Under the pieces are notes generated by a model that saw only the letters and a program-made list of their open reading frames with translations, ran no database searches and was not told where the DNA came from. This document shows, in pieces, positions 13,401 to 37,204 of a DNA stretch of 64,000 nucleotides. The stretch spans positions 18,914,857 to 18,978,856 of the forward strand of contig OZ316893.1 in NCBI GenBank assembly GCA_973895155.1. Reading direction: 5' to 3'. This DNA comes from Marsupella aquatica. Taxonomy: Eukaryota; Plantae; Marchantiophyta. Position 1 is the stretch's first letter. Each line of letters starts with the position of its first letter. A program made the position numbers and the translations under genes.

Positions 13401-15231
13401 CTATCTCGTCAAGGAATTCGCGATTTTGATTGTTTCTCTGCTCGCATGGCTGGATTCTTCCATTTGGTGTTAACTTAAGCATGCTTTTATTTTTCCTCCT
13501 TTTGTCCTTTTATTAGTGCAGATGTCAGGAATAAATTTCTCTCAGGTGGGCACTTAAACACACAGCTTATGGGTTTGTAGGATACGCCAGGGTTGTCGTT
13601 TGGTCGCCAAGAAAACAAACTTGGATGGAGGAGTCAGCCAACAGCAGCAGTAGGTTCTTCATTCCCTCTATGTAAAGTCTGGACAAGGCTAGTCTCATTA
13701 CGATTGCCTTGAGACATGACAATTATGTAGATTGATGCGCTGATAACATATCATGAGATTAGATTGGTGCCCAACGCTATATTGATGAATAGTGGCTCTA
13801 CTTGCCCCTTTTGCGTTAGTTTAGGCATTAAACCTGACGATTGTAGAGAAGTATTCTAATTCCTTAAAATTAAATTTCTTGGACCAGGTGATTTTGGAGG
13901 ATGTAAGGGTGCCTGAACAGAACCGGATTGGAGCAGAAGGGCAGGGATTTAACATTGCTTTGACTGGACTAGATGGAGGACGTATAAACATTGGCACATG
14001 CAGGTGCATACAGGATTATATAAAATAGGGTCTTTCAGTGTTTCCAGAACCTGGTCAACAAAACTGCATTGAATTTACGAGTGTGGAGATGCTTTGACTT
14101 TCTGCTTTCCCGTTTGTCTTAATGTTTTACATTCTGGTCATATGACTGGGTCTGATTTCAGTGTTGGAGGAGCTCAATTTTGTCTCGACACCGCACAAGA
14201 TTATGTTGCTTCTCGAAAGCAGGTTAGTCGATTTTTTCATCTGTCTCCTGCTTCCACTCTGAAGTAAAATCTTCATATAATTATATTGCTACCAAGGAGA
14301 GTCTTCCCTCGTTCACCTAGCTTGTAAACATGTTTTGATATACTGTATGCAGTTCTGCTAGCGCTAACTCAAATTTATTAAAAAAAAGTCTTAGATTATG
14401 TCAAATATGCATTTATCTTCCTTGTCGGTAGTTTCTCCCAAGTGAGCCTTCCTCTCGGCAATTTGCTGCGTAAGCTTCCTTAATTTTCTCCTGAGCCTAG
14501 ACTGAGTCCTGGTGTGATTGCTTTTGTAGTTTGGCAGACCCATTGTCGACTTTCAAAACACACAATTCAAACTGGCAGACATGCAGACATCGGTGGTGGC
14601 TTCCCGATTAATGGTTGCAAATGCAGCATCGGCTCTTGATGCGAAAGTCCCATGGGCTACCCCTTCGGCAGCTATGGCTAAAAGGTGGGTCTAGTAAAAC
14701 TTGTATGGTTTCGTGAGGAAGTTGGGCACGGCGTACATTCGAGTGTTTGCAGCCTGCCTTCTTGCATTCATAGTCGAAAACCTCAAGAAGAGGATGTATT
14801 CTTGTTAATTGTATACAATGGCCGTTGCATCAAGACTACACATTTTCGTATGATGCGGGGTCTTATTCATGGAAGGTTGGTCTGGGATACAGATTCGCCA
14901 CAGAAACCTGTTTTCATGTCTGCAACGAGGCACTTCAGCTACTTGGTGGATACGGCTACTTGAAAGATTACCCGGTTCGATTCTTGAACATTTCCAGTCA
15001 CTTCGATTAATTCCTTGAATTGTCAATTCAGTCGGAGCATCAACGGTTGGCTTGAAAATTGTAATTATCATCTCCCTAGCCGTGATTATTTGCAACTTGA
15101 CGCAAATGTTCTGTGTATTTCTATAGATTGAAAGATACTTGCGTGATCTGCGGGTGCACATGATTCTGGAGGGTACCAATGAGATTATGCGAGTCGTCAT
15201 TGCCCGGCATCTGATGAAGGAACAGGCTTGA
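10434..15231 (+). CDS. ACAD8: Isobutyryl-CoA dehydrogenase-like acyl-CoA dehydrogenase (ACAD8 type), 13 exons, probable mitochondrial transit peptide
   Basis: GT-AG exons with consistent phases: 10434-10655, 11294-11430, 11690-11797, 12139-12190, 12585-12647, 13011-13064, 13256-13354, 13581-13649, 13888-14003, 14162-14222, 14530-14684, 14893-14974, 15127-15231. The spliced protein has [87 protein letters not shown] and [17 protein letters not shown], closely resembling ACAD8. Confidence 0.92.
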
Positions 15232-16250
15232 GCAGTGATGTAAATGAATCATTCAGTATTTGTACATAAGTTGTGAACACTGATTTCTTTCAATGTAAGC
15301 CTTTAGTGAGGCTCCAGCGTCGTACGAAGGCAACATGTAGAGCATGGTCATTTTCGTGGGAATTGGCCAAGTACAAACCTGATTTTCGCGGCGTGTCAAG
15401 TTTTGCAATGAATACTGTGACTTAGTTTTTCTGAAATTGCTTCGATCTCTCCCCTTGAGGTGCTTCACATCGCAAGGATAACCAGCCGCAATTTTTCCAA
15501 CGAGATTTCTTTCCACAATGCTTGGAGTCCGACCCGCGCTTGTCGCTAGTGGTGTTCATACTAGTAAGATGAATCTTTACGATGGGATCTTATGACAATT
15601 ACGCGGTTGTCACAATCTTGGTTGGTGATGATCTTTCTAAAAACCGAATAATGTCGCCGTCCGTGTTGCTTTGGCAGCACTGGGGACTGAGAATCTACAT
15701 TTGGGTCATTTGCACTCTGGGATTGCCGCCTTCCAAGCATGTTACCCTGCCACTCTACTCCGACTACAGAAGGTCAACGACGAGAAGCTAAAACAACAAG
15801 AGCCCTTGTTGGAGACTCTAAAGGTATTTGGACTATAACATATGGTGACATGTTCCCAATCGGAAGTTATGATGAATTCTACCTTGGGCTCACCAAGAGA
15901 TAAGCAACTTAAGTCACAGAATATCATGTAAGCCCTACCTTCAACCTAAGCACCTTATATCGTAAGAAGGAAAGTCTAATAGAAAATGTGTAAACCAGAA
16001 ATATCTATATGGTCAGAAGCAAGTGAAGTAACACTTGTATCCATTATACAAGACTAACGGCGTTTGCCAAACATTTCCCTTGGTGCACACAAGAAATAAA
16101 ACGAATGTCAATTGTGATATTTTGTACGAAACAGAAAACCTGAAGATGTTTTCTCAAGAATCTTGGGCGAGCACACATGTGAGCTGGACGTTCAACGCTC
16201 GGCTTTTGGCCGAAGTCTACACTTTGCCCAGGACAACGTGGGCTTGGCGC

Positions 16251-26554
<10,304 letters not shown>

Positions 26555-29500
26555 CTGTCTCGCTTGACTCGGCCCTGATTGAGTAATTCAAGGTACCGTT
26601 GTCAAAAGGGACCCGCTCTAGAATGGATTGCAGATAAGCCACCTTGGTTTGAATTGTCAGCGATGTCTTTGCCAAACTGGAGGAGCGTCTTAGTTGAGTC
26701 GTTCGCTCATACGCCTCGGTATGTTCAGTTCCTCTGTTTTTCACATTTGCACCCAAGGACCAACTTCTTCGATCGATCGATCGATCCCAACCCAAGATCT
26801 TTACATACCTCTGAAAAGCCCAGGAAGAGGTTGTACGTGAGGGTTGCTTCACATGCTGCAGAGCTTCGCACACTCTACGTGGACTCTAAAACCTCTGTTT
26901 GATTCAATAATAGAGAGTTTTCTCCTTCTGGCACTCGATTGACTTTGTGCCCGCCGCAAGTCGTCGGAACTCCACGATGTTAGGCAGTAATGGCGTCTAA
27001 ATCCTTTAGAGTAGTGTGTAACTGTTGTGAGAGGTAGACCGAGTCTGTGTCCATAAAGGGATCAGTGGTATAGAGTATATACATTTTATTAGTTTGGAAA
27101 CAATGTAATTTGGGACACGTTATTCGGTCCCAAGGGTTCCTTCATATTTAGTATTAATGTGTTATTGTTGCAGGAGTACTGTTTTCAGTGTGGAAATTTT
27201 TGAAGCTGCTATATATATGGTGAATCCACCTTTCATATTTTGTCTTCTTCATATTTTTTTGTGTCATGTATTTTTATTTCAATATGCCTTATGAAGGAAT
27301 ATCCTTTGTATCATATAGATTTTTTTAATAATATTTTAACCCCTTCAATGTTTGGTATCTTCCAGAATTTTGAACTCATTTTGACAGCCCTCTTAATTTT
27401 TTATCTTTGTTATCTCTTAGATTAACCAATGACTTAATTTCTACCACTTGAACTATGATTTAGGGAAATGATTCTAAATAAAGTGAACACATGGTGCCTT
27501 AAGTTCCCCTCATGGCTTTCTTGCCTAAGTTTATGATTTTTATTGAATTGAGTGTCATTAATAAGGCACATTGAATTAATAAGTGCACACATGGTAGCGC
27601 CTTGTGTCATAGCACTTGACTGTACTTTTCATTGGTCACTCACTACCTTTGTGTCATAGAACTTGATTTGTACTTTTCATTGGTCACTCACTATGTGCTT
27701 TTTTTTGCATGTGCTCTATTTATATTATTTTATCACACTCACAGTTAATATGCATTCTAGTTCTACTCTCATATTTTATCCACTTACATACCACTACAAA
27801 GAAATATATCAAGCGTGTTCCAGGAGGAGCATGCTATATGGAAAATGTCATTGCAAGAAGTGTGTCAATGTCAAAAAGTATATAATGTGAAAAGTGTTCT
27901 CGTTGAGGAAATGTTGTGGTTTTCATCAGATGTGTGCGGACAAAAGATCTGGCCGATTGTCAATGGATAGATTGCAAGTGGAAATAGAGGCAAAGTCACA
28001 TATAGTAGGGAGACACAGGGGCAAAAATAGGGTAAGAAGCAAAGTGAGGCTAATCCAGACGTAAGGGCAGGTCCAGCAAATGTGGCAGGCAGGCAACAAT
28101 TTGAGCACCCCTCCTATGTCTCACCTCTCCTTCACTTCCCATTTTCCCATTTTTTCCCTCTCTTCCAACTTGTCTTTTTTCCCCCATTTCCCTCCTCTCC
28201 TTATCCACCACCCCTCCCCTCCCTCCCATCCTGTGATATTCCCACCCCCTCCCCCTCCCCCTCCCCCAAGAAGTTTGCTTGACATGGGACCAGCCTAAAA
28301 CATAGTCCTTAACAGGGGCACTGGTTTCAAAACCCGTTTAGGGGCAAACATATAGTAAAACTGTATATGTTGTTTTATAAGTCATTGTCTCAACAACTCA
28401 TATGTTGGAAGAGTAAGCATGGTTTCACAGTTTAGGGTCATGGTTAGGAGTTACTGTTGACCATTTTGAATGGAGGTCTGGTGTGATGCGAAAAGACAGG
28501 AATTTTAGCTCAGGGGCAGTTTTGCTAGCAAGTTGCAGGAGTGGTTCTTAATGCCTTTGATTTTTGCATGTATTTCTAGTGCATTTCTAAGGCTCCATAT
28601 GGCGAGCGAGTTATTTTCGAGACTAAAAAATGACATGAACATTAAGATGTTTCAAATAAGAGGTTTGCTAGCAAAGTGGTGTATATTAGGGTTTTCCCTC
28701 CTATGAGGAAAAAATATGGTGTTGTTTGAATTTTCCCTTGCAACACAAATTTTAGTCCTGCTTGCTTGCAGGCTACAACTATTCATTTTGAATGTACGCC
28801 TTGCTCATGGCATTTCTTTTGCCTTTGCAACTTTTGCTCTTAGCTTGCACCTTGCACTTCTGCTTGCGACTATCGGTGCGGCTTGAGCAGGTTAGTTCAA
28901 GTGCCCCTCAATTAGGTGTGCCACAAGCAGCTGTGAAACTTGACTACCCTACCACTTAGTTCCGGTGTTGTTGACTCCGATGCTGAGCTCATCTATGGTC
29001 CAGGCACTAGCCAAAGCAATACGCCAAGCTGGTGACGCACACTAAGGACTTAGACTAGCATGGGGAGCTGGTCGGGCCACCGGAAGGGTTGAGCTCAGGG
29101 TGGACCGTCTGGACACCCGGACGGACTTTGAGTTCTGAGAGCTTGAGTGAGAGCTTCTCTTGGGCCGAAGGCAAAAAAAGTTTACTTCATGCACAGCGGA
29201 CATTTTATGCATGAGATACGGCCCTGCATCCAGTCCTGCTACCTCATTGCTCATGTCACTCTCCCCTTGCAAAATAATCCTTTTGTGCCACCTTCTCCTT
29301 CCTTGGCTCAATCAAGCAAAACTGCCATCCCCCGACATGCTTGGTCATCTAGTACCCCAAAAAAAAAATTGATTGGGTGGCCCCTAAAAAGCAAGACAGG
29401 TGGTATTGATTCCGTCCTTTGTGGCAATTTATAAATGGACCATGAGAGAGAAAGGTGGGATCATACATTAGAGTAGTTTGGACTAGCCTGACTGCCCTTC

Positions 29501-32500
29501 AACTGCAGATCCAAGAAGTGCTCAAACCCTGGGCCACAACAGGCTTCCCACTGGCCCTCAACCTTGACACACTTAATGATAGGCTTGTGGGGCATCATCA
29601 GCACAGAGTCCTGATTAGTGAAGATGTGTAGGCACCCTCGCTGACCACTAGGGGGTATTGACCGGTGTCAGACCATGACCGGTAGGACTGGTAAATACTG
29701 CCTGCATACGAGGCTGTTGCATTTGGTTTCTGGTGACTCCTCACACACTGCACCATTTTGAGAGACTCACCTTGCCCCCAATCTCCCTTTTACACCCACA
29801 CCTGCAATTTCAGATATCCCCCAAAGTCATCTCCCTTTTCCACCTCACCTGCAATTTCACATATCCCCAAAGTCAGGGTCTAGAGGCCTCACGCAAAACC
29901 ATAGACCCTGAAGAGTAGGTTCTCATTGCCATCATGCAGATTAGGGTAGGTTCACATGGAGATAATATAGTTAGATTCTATAGGTTTAGATGAACCAAGT
30001 CTCCCACTAGTCCACAACCTTGGATAAAGTCTTCAAGGAACTGTGGAGAGCATTACATGCAACTATCCATCTAGTTGTTGCTAAACTCTGTTCCCTCTTT
30101 CAAGTATGAGGACTGTCTTATCATCAAGCAGTTTTAACTTTCCATTCCAAAAGCTCACTCTTGTTGCATCCATTTATTTTCCTCCTCCCCTCTCTTACCC
30201 ATCGGCCCGCTTTCTGCCTCCCCCCATCTGCTGAACAATCAAGAGACATAGAAATCATAATCAATGTGAAGGGTTATCCATCGATTACTGAGCCCCCCAT
30301 TTCAGTTTTCCCAGAATGTTTTAATTCATCCATACGTCGGCATGAGTCCGAGCAAATGGGAATGAGATAGAGATTTGCACGGCGTCGAGCTCTCGTCTGG
30401 TGCCGGCTCTGTTCTCGTCTGGGCTGTCTGTTCCCGGTGCCTCAAGCAATCCAGAAATCCCAGAGCCGACACGAAGTTTTGGGGACAACGTAAATGTTGA
30501 TTCGGACCGTAACAAGAGTCGGAATAATCACGCCAGATCCGTGAGAATTGTAAGAGCTACACGCTGATGGTCACAGGAGCATGAGGAGGATGAAATGAAT
30601 GAATCGTGGTGATCGGCCAGCCTACTGTCGATCACATTCAATTCCAAGGGGGGCAGGTAAGACGTTCTAACAACTTTGACCTTTTCGAAATCGTGCAAAT
30701 GCATAGGTGGAGATCTGTGGCCTTTTTGGACCAATTTGTCCACGATTATCGTTCTAGTGCATTGAGTGCTCTGTTGTAAAATCACACCTGCGAAGGTTTA
30801 TCAATCTGCTCCATAAGAAGCCCCGTTCGCCTCCTCTAACAGAAGGTCGGGACGCGTATTGTGAGTACCCGAGGTTCTCGTCTTTGGGACTACCTGCTCC
30901 ATCTGCTCCTTAAATACACACGGTTTTCGGTCCTTCACGAGTGTTAGAGTAGGCCTCTGAGCCTAGGTCTTTAGCTTCTGCTGCGACGCACATGGCCACT
31001 GTGGGCTATTGGGCTCATCTGGCCATATGGGCTCTCTCCTCATTGACATGAGCGCATTTATTAACAAAAACAGAGATTTAATCGTACGGTCTTCTGCTCC
31101 TGAGTGAGGGTTAGGATGGTGATTTAAATATGCTGGATATGCTTGGTGGGCCATGCCCACTTCCTAGCTGTGTAAAAATGACGTGGGATTCCCTTTTCTT
31201 GGACGGTTTCTTGTCGTCTCAATGCGATAGAAATTTTCTACTGATTCCTTTTTCTCGATTGCGCGACAATCTCAAAAAAGAGTGGCGAGTGCAGAATGGA
31301 GTGGTGGGCTGTGGTCAAGAAGCTTATGAAAAAAATTCAGAGAATTGGGCCAGCTAGCGTAGCGCTGCAGTCCTTCCTCACCAATTAGCGCTCTGCCGTG
31401 GTCCTCGCGGCACTTGGCCTATCTTAGAAGGCAGCTCCTCCACGTGGCAGCTGGCTGGGGAGCTTCCTTCCGTCCCAAATCATGTACGGCCCGCTCTCTT
31501 GAGTCTTTCCTCGCCTGTGCCAGGGTTTCGATCATAGGTCCCGTTTCGCTTGGTAATCGTAGACTGCAGTTTTCAGAAGACAATGGATGAATTTTTCAGC
31601 AGGAAGGAAACGAAGAGTACAGTTGTGTGACAAAGGAGCTTTGAACATTCTGCGGTTGGAGGTCTTCGATTGTATTCTGAAAGTGCTTCGCATTCCATGC
31701 TTTCAGGCACATGCGATATTCTGATTGACAGAACAGTAGGCAGGACGTCGTTCGGGGAAGAAATAATATTGCTGTGGGGGTTTCTGAGGATCGGTCTGTA
31801 GTCGGTTTGGATATTCCACAGGATATTACCGTCGATTTCATTTTCACTGTAAGTGGCAAGCGCTCTAGCCCAGTCGTTAGGGACTGTTGTAAATGTTCTT
31901 CAATTTAAAACGCGATGCTTTTGGGAAAGATTTCCTTCTGATCTCGAGATTTGAATATTTATCCTAATTTTCGGGTGTCAATCAAAGTCTCCACCCACCC
32001 TGAGCGCCTCCGTTCATGTTTTCGCTCCTCCCAACTTCAACCAATATGTGCACTGCTTTTGATCAGCAAATTCACTCGTTGAACATATATTTCCTTTCAT
32101 TCTGCCGAGATTCAAGAAGCAATTTTCTCTCTTTTCAGATAGATGACGATTAGAACTTTAGAGCCGCTTCCCTTGAAAGGAAGATCCTCTTTCGAATCGT
32201 ACGTTAAGACGGAAATGAAAGCTAGGTAGACGGATTTGGCTTTCCAGAGCAACCATTCCCCTGGAGAACAAGCCTAGCATTTCACAGCGGTGCCCTAAGC
32301 TTAATCCTCCGCTTGAAATTATTTTAGGGCTACGTTTTCTTGTTTTCCCTGTAATCAAATGAACGAAGTGGGATGAGGGTAGTTACGCTACTTAAGACTA
32401 TCTTCTTGTTGAAGGGATTCCCTGCAAACCAAAGTTGCTATGATACCTCGTTATGTCTCTCGGCCACAAATCGTTCGTTGACCGGGCAGTTTTACTCGGG

Positions 32501-35188
32501 GCTTACCCTCTCCCATAAGCATTGAGCATTGTTGACAAAATATGTGAGCATCAAACAGTTGGCCAATTAATATTCTCGCCTAGACTCTGGTGACGGGATC
32601 TGTGCAAATTAAGCCACGGTAGAGCTGACAATGCCAGATCAAATTGTTTGCGCCACCTTTGTTGATATGAAATGAAAATCTTGAAGGTGTTTTTCCTCTT
32701 TCATTTGCTCATGTTTGACGTTTGTAATGTTGTCACCAGACATATAAAGAAGGTGACATCTTACTTGAAGTCATGGATCCTTCCTTGGGCCCTCTCTTGT
32801 ACTGTATATGCATCATCGCTGGGTGTGCCCTGTATTTTCATTACAACTGTGAAGATCGCAGATCCAAAGTCGACATTCAGAGTAAGACTTATGCCTCTAG
32901 TGAAAGGTATTTAAATCCCACAAATTTGTGACCATGACCTATTTTCTTGTCTTTGCGAATTGCTAGGTTATCTGGCAACCACAGATTGTTTGGAAACCTC
33001 ATAATACGATGAGGCAAATTTGCTAGGTGTTCGTTTCTTTGACTTGGGTCATCTTCTCACCTTGTGCCTGTATACAATAGTTAATATCGTGCATTCACAG
33101 GTCTTACTCACAACTTTAAACAACGAATTTGAGGTGCTCATTCGTCATGTTACTCTAGGGATGTTTCTAATATTGCAGAGATGTAACTTCTTGATTTGAT
33201 TTGAGTCCACCCTGGAATCTAACTTGAAGATTTTTGGCACCCTGAAGCAGTAAAGATGACACGGAGGAAGGAGGGGAGACAGCGACAGAGGAAAGGCCGG
33301 CTAAAAAGCAAAGGATTACAGAGTGGGCATACGACATACTTCACTTAAACAAGAAAGCAGAGTGAGCATCAGAATGTATGTACCCCATCATAAGCTATAA
33401 TTCTGTGAATGTCTGCAATCTATGCGGTGGGGACCTATTCAGAGTGAATAGTTAAGGTTGTTAAACCCGTTATCCTCAAGACCAGTGGAACTTAAAAATT
33501 GCCCCCACTCGTGTCCAGCTAGACTCTTCGTTGAGAACTTGCAAGTACCGAATTTAACGTTTGAACTGGGGCTTCCAATTCTTCTTGCGTTGGGAGATCC
33601 CAGACCGATACGACTGTAAAGCTGTGGGCTTACAATTTTGTGGAGTCCATGCGATAACGATGCCAGACACATGTGGTCCGATTATGAGGGACAAAATCAG
33701 CACCGAAGTTTCCAGTGCTCCAGCCCATAAGCGGGTGCGTCTTGACTGTGATAGCGTTGATGCACATATGTAAGTCTATAGAGATCCTCTGAAAAGAAGG
33801 CTTTAGAGAAGAAAGTAGAGCTGTCTCTGTCGTCTATGTCTATACTCCAAATTTCGTTACACTAAGAGACATATGCCCAGTTTGATAACATCATGCCTTC
33901 CCACAGTGGAAGCCTGCAGAGAACTATGATCTGCATATCGCTGGGCCATTCTCTAAACGCCCACATTTTCGAAGCACGTTTTCTTGAGGACATGGAGCTG
34001 GGCAACATCTACGACCGAACAGATAGCTCCTCATTCTTGTTGGTTTCAGTGCGCATGGGGTCAGTCATTGGTTTCGAGCACTGCAATTCGAAAGAGTTGT
34101 TGCCCCTGGATTTGAATGTTATGAACTTAGAATATTTATTGTTATTTGTCTTGAAATTGGTGATGGAAGCTCTGCATTCGTGATTTTCTTCCAAAAAATT
34201 ACGCACAAAGTGATATGGCATGATTAGTGGAACCTTTTTGTCTCTCTAGGTGTTGAAGAGAGCAATGCAGATTTGTTGTTATGCCCTGAAAATAGCCAGT
34301 GGATACAAGTTTTATCGAAGATTATGAAATGACGTGTTCTAAGAATTCAAAGTGTGTCCTGATGCTTGATTTACCTTTGCTACCGTGAAGAGCTAGATAA
34401 TTTTGTCATTGTATCAACGCAAAGAACTTAATACTGTCATTCGAAATTTAATGCAGTTGGGATACCCTAAGCTACAATTATCCTAGATGACGTCCTCGAT
34501 TGGCACCAGAAGCATTGTGTTTCGATTTGTTTCTTTTTGAGAAATCTGTGGATAATACTTGATATCGAAGAAAATTAATCGAAAAGACACCTTCTGCACA
34601 TCTTTTTGTTTGTTGACAGAATCATGATGGATTCCTCGAGTTAGAATTGTTGACATTTAAGAAGTTCAAATCAAAACTTGGGCATCTGGAGAGGTGACAT
34701 CCTAGAATCTGCACGTTCTATTGATTACGAAGCACTGTTTTGGGACTGCTCTCAGCAATGTGGCTAAACTACTTCGTGTCCCTCTGTACAAATTTTTCAA
34801 TGAGATGAGTTCTTGAAAGAGCGTTTCTGCCTCGCACAGAGAAGCATGGAAATTTGACTCAGAGCAATGGCTGGAAGAAAGAAGGAACTATAGGTTTGAC
34901 AAAAAAAACTTCGAATCGACAATAGGGGATGCACCCCATTCAAAAATCTTCTCTAAATTTCTGAAGAGAAAGGTTTGAGCAACTTCATATTCTTAATTGT
35001 CTTTGATGATTACAATTTTCCTATCTGCCTACCTCCACCCTGTTGAGATCACCTTCATAACTATGAGAAATAATGTAAGTAGGATTCCAACATCCACAAT
35101 TTTGGCACAATGGAAGTTTCAACTATTCTAAAACAAATCTCTGTGATACCTTAAACCAGGAAAATCAGCTCGCCTCGAATATCTCAAG

Positions 35189-36688
35189 ATGCATAAACAC
35201 GGGCATCACGATAGGGATTGTTGCGATGCACACCAATTTAAAGTACGGAGAATGATGCGATCCCGAACACTCCGAGATAGTCTGATATTTGGCACTCGGG
35301 TGGTTCGGCACAAGGGTCTAAAAGTGGACGACTCCTTGAGACTTGCCGAGTACAAAGGCCACTCTAGGCCAATCCGGGACAGCATAGTATATGGCACAAG
35401 GGAAAAACGTTGCCGCCACAAGCAGTGTACTGCATGGCACCATTTTCACGACTTTAACGAGGAGTTGGAGAAGTGGGACTTCCCAGATCAGATTGCAACA
35501 AACCAGAGAAAACGAGAACTTTGGTTGGCAGCTCGCAAATCAGTGCTCGATCAAGCAGACATCCGACGAAAGAGCATCCCCAGGGATCGGTATGGGGAGC
35601 TTGAGACGGACGCAGGTCATTATGCTGGTGAGTTCTTGAGAGCTCTCCTTAATCCATGGGATTATGGCAATCATCCTCATGACATGTATCGAGCCGCTCG
35701 GCCTTCGTTTTTAACGGATCTCGACTTTGAGGACCTTCGAACACATTATGACCCTCGGCCAGAAGCCATTAAGCTGCATAAGGCAAAACTCAAGGACTTT
35801 AAGGAGTGGCAACGCGTGAAGCTTCTAGAGCGAGACATGAAGTGGGAGTTGCTGCGAGTCCAAGGGATACAAAGATGCCGCCATCATTTCCAACACTTGA
35901 AAGATCGTTTGCAGAAAGCCAAAGTGTTGTGGTCCGAATTGAATCGAAATAGTGTTTGGTTTGTCCCTTGGCCGGAAGGTGATCAAGTGCCCGAGCTTGT
36001 CCGTAGGAGTCTGATGATGATCTCCAAGAGATTGAGCACTTGCGCTCCGATGTGGAACCCTCACTTCACAGATTTCCAAGCACTAGACAATTACTTGAGC
36101 AACCTTGAAGACTTGGCTCCTGAGGTTTGGGAGCGATTTCATTACAACTGTAAATTACATAAGCATCTAGATCACCATGAGAGAAGGGCAAGTAGATTAG
36201 AATCTATTAGGAGGGCCTTCCTTCCTTCCCAACCTGAGCCCCCAATACAACTGCCCTTGTGTGAACCGGTCATTGCCCTGCAGAATCAGATTGCTGCACT
36301 GATTGCTGCACTGCCAGAGCACCTCAAGCCAGGCCCCAAGACTCCTTCTGAAGTAGCTCTGAAAGAAGAGGTAGAAGAGAGTTCAGAAAAGCAGGCTCAA
36401 GGTCCAACCGATCAAAATAAACATGAGGGCAGAAAGTCCTTCATTGAAGCAGATGCACCAGAAGAAGCTGATTCAAAACCTCAACAGATTCCACCATCAA
36501 AAGCACATAAAACTAGGGAGGAGAAATCAAGGGCACATGCTCTCAATGAACTCCAAGCTTTGGACGTTTTTGATGAGAAATTGGGAGAGGCAACAGCAAA
36601 TGTTGGGAAGGGAGGTAAGGGGAAGAAAAGTGGCAAAGATGGCAAAGGTGGTAAAGGAGGTAAAGGAGGGTGGTCAAGAGGGCGGTAA
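35189..36688 (+). CDS. Hypothetical 499-aa protein; basic His/Arg-rich N-terminal part, Gly/Lys-rich C-terminal tail; no recognisable domain
   Basis: 1.5-kb stop-free ATG-initiated ORF in AT-rich surroundings. A splice-acceptor-like TTAAACCAG ends at 35159, just upstream. The tail is GKGGKGKKSGKDGKGGKGGKGG. Confidence 0.7.
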   Translation: MHKHGHHDRDCCDAHQFKVRRMMRSRTLRDSLIFGTRVVRHKGLKVDDSLRLAEYKGHSRPIRDSIVYGTREKRCRHKQCTAWHHFHDFNEELEKWDFPDQIATNQRKRELWLAARKSVLDQADIRRKSIPRDRYGELETDAGHYAGEFLRALLNPWDYGNHPHDMYRAARPSFLTDLDFEDLRTHYDPRPEAIKLHKAKLKDFKEWQRVKLLERDMKWELLRVQGIQRCRHHFQHLKDRLQKAKVLWSELNRNSVWFVPWPEGDQVPELVRRSLMMISKRLSTCAPMWNPHFTDFQALDNYLSNLEDLAPEVWERFHYNCKLHKHLDHHERRASRLESIRRAFLPSQPEPPIQLPLCEPVIALQNQIAALIAALPEHLKPGPKTPSEVALKEEVEESSEKQAQGPTDQNKHEGRKSFIEADAPEEADSKPQQIPPSKAHKTREEKSRAHALNELQALDVFDEKLGEATANVGKGGKGKKSGKDGKGGKGGKGGWSRGR

Positions 36689-37098
36689 GAATGACAAATC
36701 ACAGAAAAATGGAGGAGAAGGTCAAAAAAATAAAGGGAACGCTTAAGTAGGCAAAACTTCTTAAAGTTTGACCATATCTAATGTTTCTTACGTTAATCAC
36801 TAATTACACGTGGAGGAATTTATATATCCAACTCACACCAAATGTTTTCAAAGGCCTTCAAATTTTGACCAGTTGAGAGGGTACGTAGGGAATATTTCTC
36901 CTAGCTTGAAAACTTTCCTACGAAAGTGTTGCTTTTGTTGTGTCCCGGCAACTCTTGAGGGCTTCTATGTGATCTTAAGCCAAATTTCCAGTTTTGACTA
37001 CAAAGCTGTGATGATGGAAATGTATGAAGAGTGCTGCCGGGGCCTTCTAGCTTTTGACAAATTATGAACCTGTTTGAAGGTTTTTAAAGCAGCCCTAC

Positions 37099-37204
37099 TG
37101 GCAAGATAAATGGAACATAGTCCATAGGCCGCTGATTGTTAGTGTATCGAAATGGCAAGATAAATGGAAGATAGTCCATAGGCTGCTGATTGTGTGTATA
37201 GAAA
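37099..37204. repeat. Two-copy ~54-bp tandem duplication
   Basis: TGGCAAGATAAATGGAA(C/G)ATAGTCCATAGGC(C/T)GCTGATTGT occurs twice. Confidence 0.8.

Noticed and set aside
28080-28298. Proline-rich ORFs
   Set aside because: They derive from a C/T homopolymeric tract with no coding signature.
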